From positions 1-6,066 of the forward strand of contig NW_002061333.1 of NCBI RefSeq assembly GCF_000150275.1: a stretch of 6,066 bases of DNA, in the 5' to 3' direction. The translations under genes were made by a program, and so were the position numbers. Shown piece after piece: positions 1 to 6,066 of the stretch (position 1 is the stretch's first letter; every line of letters begins with the position of its first letter). The DNA is from Trichoplax adhaerens (lineage: Eukaryota; Animalia; Placozoa). The notes under the pieces were generated by a model that was given only the letters and a program-made list of their open reading frames with translations, ran no database searches and was not told the origin of the DNA.

Positions 1-528
1 ATGTCTACTTCTATGATACTCTGTATGCGTTATTACCCAATTGCATTGTGACAAAGAATAAGGCGAAGGAAGTTATTACAGCAAGATTGAAAAATCATGG
101 TGTCTACAATCGATTGAGTCGTATCGTTTCCGATGGTTGAAATTGGAATTCTACAATGTCGTTGTGGTTAAAATGGATTGCACTTGGATATTGTATGTTG
201 TCCTAAGCAAGTATAGTACTACCCATGTTTTGTAGAGTAGTCTCATTACTACTAAGGCAATAGTATGCCAAGTTAGCCTAGCCCTAGAGAGAAACCCATT
301 CATTATCATCGATCAGACTCTAAACTTAAGTTAAGACTACAACCGAGACAATACCGTTCAAGCCCACCAATGCCATTCATTGCATTGATGACTATGGTAT
401 AGGATAACACTTTACAATTAGAAAATGATGGCGGAGTCATGAGTTGAGATGAACACCAAGTCGGAAAGCTTCAAAGCACTATGTCGACAACAGCAGTAGT
501 GGATGACAACGTTGTAAGTAGGGTTTAC
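1..528 (-). other. Intron following the first MO25 coding exon (3' end not identified in the window)
   Basis: GT donor at 528-527. I could not find the expected next MO25 exon (A.EEVSK.L..MK..LYG-like) on the minus strand in 1-527. Confidence 0.7.
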
Positions 529-636
529 CTTCTCTGCTTTCTTGCCAGAACCTTCTTTAATGATTGTCGCCAAAGCATCGCGAGAAATCCGAACAAGCTC
601 ATAGGGCGATTTCTGCTTGGAACCAAATAGCGGCAT
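529..636 (-). CDS. CAB39: MO25 / calcium-binding protein 39 (CAB39) homolog, first coding exon (36 codons); the rest of the gene appears to lie left of the window
   Basis: Translation MPLFGSKQKSPYELVRISRDALATIIKEGSGKKAEK resembles the MO25 N-terminus (MP.F.K..KSP.++V+...+......KKAEK). The ATG at 636 has a good Kozak context (GACC-ATG). Similarity stops exactly at a phase-0 donor AAG|GTAAAC (GT at 528-527); the ORF-track continuation to 418 is intron read-through. Confidence 0.92.
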
Positions 637-708
637 GGTCGACAAAACAAGGTTGATTACTCCTTCTAATCCTTACAAGGCAGCGATTGCTGACGACTTT
701 TGAAAAAA

Positions 709-799
709 CTGCAAATCCAAAATCAAGTCCAATATTCAACTCCTGCTGCAACTTGCTCTGCTGTATCCCACAGCTGTATGGACGTATGGACGTACTTAC
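709..799 (-). other. Putative 91-nt 5'UTR intron of MO25
   Basis: Perfect donor GTAAGT at 799-794 and acceptor GATTTTGGATTTGCAG ending at 709 on the minus strand. There is no ATG between 708 and the start codon at 636. Confidence 0.55.
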
Positions 800-1140
800 G
801 CTTTCTTGTTGTCGAGGCGAGGAACGGCGCGCCGTACTGGTCTGTACTAGACCGTACTGGTACGCGGCGCATCGGTCTACAGTACACTGTACTGTACTGT
901 ACAGTGTACAGTGCTGACAGCATGATCCCAGAGCAAAGGATCCTCCCTCGTCTACAGTACTACAGACTCTGCACTCTACAGTGTGCAGTACTGTAGAGGT
1001 CCGCAGAACAACTCCAGTGTGTGGCACGTGACTTGCGGTGCCTTGGATGTTGTTGACTGGAAGTTGATTTGGCCGCTTCGCTGGCGCTGCCAGTCTTTTA
1101 CGGCGTACTGTACACTGTACACTGTACGCTACGGCTCGAT
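800..1140 (-). promoter_or_regulatory. CpG/GC-enriched putative MO25 non-coding exon 1 and promoter region
   Basis: The region is locally CpG-rich (e.g. GGCGCGCC near 827-834, CGCGGCGC, CCGCTTCGCTGGCGC) against an AT-rich background and lies directly upstream of the predicted 5'UTR donor. It contains an E-box CACGTGAC at 1025-1032. Confidence 0.4.
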
Positions 1141-1640
1141 CAGGCTAGATGTACTGTAAAACACAAGTTGTTAACTTTGGCTTTGTTTCCAGTACAACAG
1201 CAAGAAATAATACGACATGTATTTTACACATTTTGGTACAGTACTGTACAGTGGACAGTAGAACACCAAGAAATACAGTACTAGCACGAAGAAAAAGCAG
1301 ATTTTCCTTTCAGTACTGTAGTAAAATGTGTAAAATACTGCACATGTCCTACAGGATTACTGTACTGTACAGTATATACAACAACGCCCGCCAAAATGTC
1401 TTCAATTAGAATTATTCAACCTATTCTTATGTCCAATCTTACAGTAAAAATGAAAGCGATGATGTAAAACAGACCGGTAAAACAGATGAAATCGATGAAA
1501 AATAAATAAAATAAAATAGATGCAAAACAGATGTCGTTCCTTAGGGCTTTGCTTCCAGTATAACACCAAAAAGTGAAAACGACATCTATTTTACACATTC
1601 TGGTACAGTACACTGTACTGTGCACTACAGTGTACAGTAT
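833..1640. repeat. Low-complexity TACTG/CAGTA pentamer-rich region with many TGTACA/AGTACT palindromes
   Basis: Clusters such as CTACAGTACACTGTACTGTACTGTACAGTGTACAGTG (~877-913), GTACTGTACACTGTACACTGTAC (~1105-1127), GGTACAGTACTGTACAGTG (~1235-1253) and GGTACAGTACACTGTACTG (~1602-1620). Confidence 0.8.
1214..1348. repeat. Long imperfect inverted repeat (hairpin): ~33-38 bp arms, ~64 bp spacer
   Basis: GTATTTTACACATTTT (1219-1234) is the perfect reverse complement of AAAATGTGTAAAATAC (1323-1338). The pairing extends inward (TACAGTACTG 1237-1246 with CAGTACTGTA 1311-1320) and outward (GACAT 1214-1218 with ATGTC 1344-1348). Confidence 0.85.
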
Positions 1641-2345
1641 TGAAAGCAAAAGATGCTTTTTCTTCGCGCTGTTAACTAGGAACCCAAGGCAAAATGTCAC
1701 TAATCAGAACAAATTAATTAATTATTCAACCCATTCTTATGTCCAATCTTACAGTAAAAATGAACGTCTAATGTCGAACTACTAGTAGGACGTTGGTGAG
1801 AAGAAAAGTTTGATTTTTTCTTGGCGCTAGTACTGCACTGTGACTATGCTATACCTACCATAGCAGCAACTTCAGTAGTTAACTCAAGGCAAAGCCCCTA
1901 CTGGACTCAACCAATTCTTCTGCCCAATCTTACAGTACAGTAAAAATGAACAGCATGTCCAACTACACGTTAGTGAGAAAGAAAAGCTTGGCTTTTTCTT
2001 GGCGCTAGTACTGCACTCTGACTATGCTACGCCTAGTGAGTAGTGAACAAAAAGCAAAGCCCCAATTGGACTCTACCAATTCTTTCTGTACCTGTCTGTA
2101 CAGTGTACATTGCGTATGCCCAATCTTACAGTAAAAAGAAGGGACACTTAACCACGGTGGGGGTGAGAAGAAAAGCTTTTGCTTTTTCTTCGCACTAGTA
2201 CTGGCACTGTGACTATGCTACGCCAACAATAGCAGGGACTAGTCAACAAAAAATTTTCCATATCCATTAGCAACCCAAGCCAAAGTCCCAATGAATTCAT
2301 TATTCAACTTGACAAATTCTTATGTCCAATCTTACATTGAAAAGG
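1390..2345 (+). repeat. Degenerate tandem array (left array), units ~180-310 bp
   Basis: The anchor CCAATCTTACA recurs at 1433, 1743, 1924, 2120 and 2326 (spacings 310, 181, 196, 206). The shared block GTGAGAA(A)GAAAAG..TTTTTCTT.GC.CTAGTACT(G)GCACT.TGACTATGCTA occurs three times (~1796, ~1973, ~2163). Segment ~1179-1245 is also duplicated at ~1545-1612. Confidence 0.85.
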
Positions 2346-2701
2346 ACAGAGAAACACCACTACCTACTCACTGTACAATATATGTCACATACAAGACCGG
2401 TATTACGACGCGACTTGGACAGTAAAATGGTTGCAGCGACCGGACATCAAACAGCGAATGATCGCTTGAACTCCAAACTTGAAACAAATAGAATCATTCA
2501 ATACTGCAATAAAAAGGAATCACAATACCAAGAGCCAATTGCTCAAGGTTGTACTGATCTATCTGCATGGAATTGGAGCCAAATTGAAAGTCCATTTCTT
2601 CAAAATGGAAAGACACTCTTGTAGAGTGGAACATCTTTCAACCATTTTACAGCGCTCGCCGCGCCCCTGGAAGAGTGGTCTTATACAATTGCAACCCTAG
2701 A

Positions 2702-3612
2702 GGAAGGCTATGGAAAAATCGCGGAGTTTTACCAAGGGTGGTGAGAAACAGAGGGAAAGTTGGGGGTTGACTAGTCTCTGACTTGTATCTAAGCAATGCA
2801 ATTATTACAATTGACAACTTTAGCATCTTCAACTAAAGGCATCGAAGTGTAGTATAAATACCACGGCGCCGCTCATTTTAGGAAGACTATGGAAAAATCG
2901 CGGAGTTTTACCAAGGGTGATGAGAAACAGAGGGAAAGTTGGGGGTTGACTAGTCTCTGACTTATATCTAAGCAATGCAATTATTACAATTGACAACTTT
3001 AGCATCTTAAACTAAAAGCATCGAAGTGTAGTATAAATACCACGGCGCAGCTCATTTTAGGAAGACTATGGAAAAATCGGACTTCTGGTAAGGGATGGTG
3101 AGGAACAGTTGGAAAATTGAGGGTTGACTAGTCCCTGACCTGTAACTAAGCAATGCAATTACTGCAATTGACAACTTTTGCATCTTAAACTAAAGGCATC
3201 GAAGAGTAGTATAAATACCCCGGCCGGCGCCGCTCATTTGAAGCGAGGGTGGGTGGCATATACTTTACACTAGTGTACACCGTACGGTGCAACCCTTTAG
3301 GAAGACTATGCAAAAATCGGAGTTTCCCCAAGGGGTGGTGAGGAACAGAGGGAAAGTTGGGGCTTGACTAGTCTCTGACCTGTATCTAAGCAATACAATT
3401 ATTACAATTGACAACTTTTGCATCTTAAACTAAAGGCATCGAAGAGTAGTATAAATACCCCCCCCCCGGCGCTGCGCATTTTAGGAAGACTATGGAAAAA
3501 TCGGAGTTTCGGTAAGGGGTGGTGAGCAACTGAGGGAAAATTGAGGGTTGACTAATCTATGGCCTGTAACTAAGCAATGGAACTATTGCAATTGACAACT
3601 TTTGCATCTTAA
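2702..3612 (+). repeat. Tandem satellite-like array (right array): ~179-bp unit, 4 full copies and 1 partial
   Basis: Units start GGAAG(A/G)CTATG at 2702, 2881, 3060, 3300 and 3484 (periods 179, 179, 240, 184). U1 and U2 differ at 6 of 179 positions. A ~56-bp extra linker lies between U3 and U4, and U5 is truncated at ~3612. Confidence 0.95.
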
Positions 3613-4950
3613 GCTAGTAGGAAATCTGCTAAATCTCTTTCTCCATCATCATGGCTACCACATTTAGTACAGTACTGTACATTTAGTGTGCAATAGGTGT
3701 ACAGTAACTCCAGTTATCCGCAAAGACCGCGTACACTATATGAAAGACAAATCAACAGGGCAAAGAAAAAGTATAACAGAGCTAATGTACTACTTATATT
3801 GTGCATGAATTTATTTAAAAAGATCCATAAGCATAATCTAGACAGTTGTAGCATCGTCAGACGCGTAAAAATCACACAACGCATGCATTCACATTCTAAA
3901 TTTATCTCCAGTTAGTAGCTAGTACATATCCGTGGGCTGTACTCCTAGTAAACAGCTTGATATATTTAAAACGCAATATTTAGGACTTTTTAAATGATCG
4001 TTTATTGGAACATTATCAGATTATAGTTTACATATTTAATAAAGGCAAGGTACAGACCGCATAAAATGAGGTATATCTTTAATTGTCATCTATCTTACTT
4101 CATGACCAGCTATACCTACATTTTTTTATGGATAGGGTCACATTATTAATAGGATTGGGTAACGTTCAATGTAGATATTGCACAAGCTATAGCTTCTACT
4201 CAATACTAATCTATCTTCTTTAATTGCTAGATGATATTATATGACATCTTTTCATTATATGGGCTCAAGGTTAATTCCGCCAATTATTTGCAACTTTAAT
4301 AAAGCCCACTTGGGTAATATAATACTCCTTCCTGTGTACACGTCCTAAAAAAGAAATAAAAAAGTTTATCAATAAATACGCTATATTAACTATATATACA
4401 ATAATCCTGACCGTAGTTATTGTTATTGTTAGGCAAGTATAGCTAATAATATATTATTATTAACGACTAGAATACTGCTGGGTCTTGTGTATTATAATAT
4501 TTTTAGAACGACTAGATTAAACTGCATCTAATAGTAACTCGCGACAAGTAGAGTACGCGCGTAAACGGATGCTCGACATATGGACTGCAAGAGGACCTAC
4601 CTACCATTCATTCTAATGTAGCGTAAAGTAACATTTAAAATCTATTTCAATCCATAAGCAAAAAAAGCAAAATTGTTGGGTCTACTTTAATTTCATCCTT
4701 GTTCAATCTTTAATCCCATTAGTATTCTTACTATACTGAAACATTGTATCTGGTATCAGGAACATCAAGAAAATATAAAAATAAAAGCAACCCAAATTTG
4801 ATCCTAATGGTTGATATCAATTACAGTATCTATCGTGTAAACTCATACAGCAGAAAGAAAGCTAAATTCTATTTTGAGCACAAAGCTAACATTTGTATTC
4901 GATCAACTACAGTAGTACTAATCTTTACCAATAATTTGGCCGGTATAGGC

Positions 4951-5765
4951 TTAGGCTTTCGATTTTAGTATGTTTGAGCTATGATGGAGTTTCTCGGTAT
5001 TGAATTTTTTATTATAACCATCTCTTTTCTGCGAAACCGACAATTTATCGTTCCGCTTGGCTGATAAAATGCCTTTGAAATGAGTACTGCCCTTTAATCT
5101 TAATTGCGGGTGATAATTGGTTTTTGATAATTTCGCATTAGAACGAAATTCTCTCTTGAACAAACTCAACCCAGGAATATTTTTATCTTCCTCTTCCTCT
5201 TTATGAGAAGTAGCAGTGGGATCGTGCCTAACATTAAATTCGCTAAATAGTGGATTGTGTCTTTCGTTAAACCAACTAATGAGAGGGTCTTCTGACTCTT
5301 GTCTTTCCTCAAACCAACTAATTAGGGGATCTTGCCTTCGTTTCAAATTATTGAAATCTGCGTCTGAAAAGATGTGTCTCTTCTTAAACAGACTAATACC
5401 AGTATTAGAACGAGCTTGTCTTTCATTAGATAAGCTAATACTAGCACCAGGAGGAGCTTGCCTATCGTTGAATAAGCTAATACCAGGTCCCTGTCTCTCA
5501 TTAAATAAGCTAATACCAGGTTCTTGTCTCTCATTAAATAAGCTAATACCAGGTTCTTGTCTCTCATTAAATAAGCTAATACCAGGTTCTTGTCTCTCAT
5601 TAAATAAGCTAATACCAGGTTCTTGTCTCTCATTAAATAAGCTAATACCAGGTTCCTGTCTCTCATTAAATAAGCTAATACCAGAGTCAGGAGGCGCCTG
5701 TCTTTTTTTAAACCAATTTATAATAGGTTCTTGATTGTTCTTGTATACATGACGATCAGTTATCT
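4951..5765 (-). CDS. LFNE neuropeptide precursor (placozoan prohormone), exon 2; full protein 291 aa
   Basis: Manual translation: (E)ITDRHVYKNN QEPIINWF KKR QAPPDSGISLFNE R [QEPGISLFNE R]x5 QGPGISLFND R QAPPGASISLSNE R QARSNTGISLF KKR HIFSDADFNNL KRR QDPLISWFEE R QESEDPLISWFNE R HNPLFSEFNV R HDPTATSHKEEEEDK NIPGLSLF KR EFRSNAK...KSKA* (TAA 4953-4951). Repeated peptides between mono-, di- and tribasic sites plus a signal peptide define a prohormone. From memory, QEPGISLFNE matches the reported Trichoplax LFNE peptide. The ORF track caught only the last 131 aa. Confidence 0.92.
5461..5682 (-). repeat. 33-bp coding minisatellite (QEPGISLFNER units)
   Basis: Unit CAAGAACCTGGTATTAGCTTATTTAATGAGAGA. 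Four copies are nucleotide-identical, one differs by a synonymous CAG, and flanking variants are present. Confidence 0.97.
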
Positions 5766-5973
5766 CTATTACGATGCAGTTAAAAAATATTCAATACGAG
5801 TATGCAAGTAAATTATAAAGTAATCATATCAGTTGATTTAATCTACGACTAATTAACTTCTAAATCATCGTTTCACTTAAAAATTGCAAGGAGCTTTGTC
5901 AATGAAGTATGGAGCATCATCAATTTTTGTTTGCATAGTTATATACGATATATACAATAGCGTATTGCTTTAC
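5766..5973 (-). other. 208-nt phase-1 intron of the LFNE precursor
   Basis: GT..AG boundaries (acceptor TTTTTTAACTGCATCGTAATAG, AG at 5767-5766). Splicing forms G+AG = Glu and joins the signal peptide in frame to the repeat exon. The exon-2 frame is closed by TGA at 5793-5791 inside the intron. Confidence 0.85.
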
Positions 5974-6034
5974 CTTTGCATGTTGCGATAGCATTAAGGC
6001 CAATGATGGTAACAACTAATAGACAGATCTTCAT
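5974..6034 (-). CDS. LFNE neuropeptide precursor, exon 1 (signal peptide)
   Basis: GAA-ATG at 6034 encodes MKICLLVVTIIGLNAIATCK plus one base (basic N-terminus, hydrophobic core, A-T-C cleavage motif). It ends at a phase-1 donor AAAG|GTAAAG (GT 5973-5972), and the phase matches the downstream acceptor. It is not in the ORF track. Confidence 0.88.
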
Positions 6035-6066
6035 TTCGCCTAATCTTTCAATAAAAGCGTTATTAA

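Noticed and set aside
418-528. C-terminal half of the 75-aa ORF 418..645
   Set aside because: It is read-through into the intron after the KAEK donor, and MO25 similarity ends there. The true start is the ATG at 636, not the TTG at 645.
599-1785. Cluster of overlapping short ORFs rich in Y/C/T/V/S
   Set aside because: Their composition is dictated by the TACTG/CAGTA low-complexity DNA, and they show no recognisable domain.
2322-2832. ORFs 2322..2624, 2479..2700 and 2647..2832 as a transposase or other gene
   Set aside because: They are short with no recognisable motifs, and two run into or start in repeat units. They are kept only as part of the symmetric-core finding.
2702-3612. Hammerhead ribozyme / retrozyme in the tandem units (GTGATGAGAAAC in U2)
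   Set aside because: I found no CUGAnGA core with a stem II before GAAA on either strand, and the motif is not conserved in the other units. An Infernal/Rfam scan would settle it.
3697-4968. ORFs 3697..3915 and 4744..4968
   Set aside because: They have non-ATG starts, are AT-rich and show no recognisable homology; this is probably intergenic or UTR sequence.
5343-5666. 107-aa - strand ORF (MRDKNLVLAYL repeats)
   Set aside because: It is an alternative frame of the same minisatellite, open only because the 33-bp unit lacks a stop in that frame.
5461-5682. CRISPR-like 33-bp repeats
   Set aside because: The repeats are head-to-tail with no spacers, are protein-coding and sit in a eukaryotic context.
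5216-5734. 172-aa + strand ORF with GSCLSLNKLIP repeats
   Set aside because: It is the antisense shadow of the 33-bp coding repeat and starts at GTG. The minus frame has the signal exon, splice sites and cleavage-site logic.

Overview
This is eukaryotic, intron-containing DNA, very likely from a placozoan (Trichoplax), judging by the neuropeptide it encodes. The left end holds the 5' part of a minus-strand MO25/CAB39 gene: the first coding exon is 529-636, with a probable 5'UTR intron at 709-799. The right end holds a complete two-exon, minus-strand neuropeptide precursor that the ORF track largely missed: join(6034..5974, 5765..4951), 291 aa. It has a signal peptide, five exact QEPGISLFNE-R repeats (placozoan LFNE family) and about nine variant xLF/xWF-type peptides. 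Between the genes lies a structured non-coding region. It contains TACTG/CAGTA-rich palindromic DNA with a long hairpin, an old degenerate ~180-310 bp tandem array (~1390-2345), and a younger ~179 bp tandem array with A/B higher-order structure (2702-3612). The two arrays appear to be inverted homologues of each other around a ~230 bp core bounded by a 12-bp inverted repeat, giving a decayed foldback-like architecture of about 2.2 kb. All analysis was done by eye; no searches were run.
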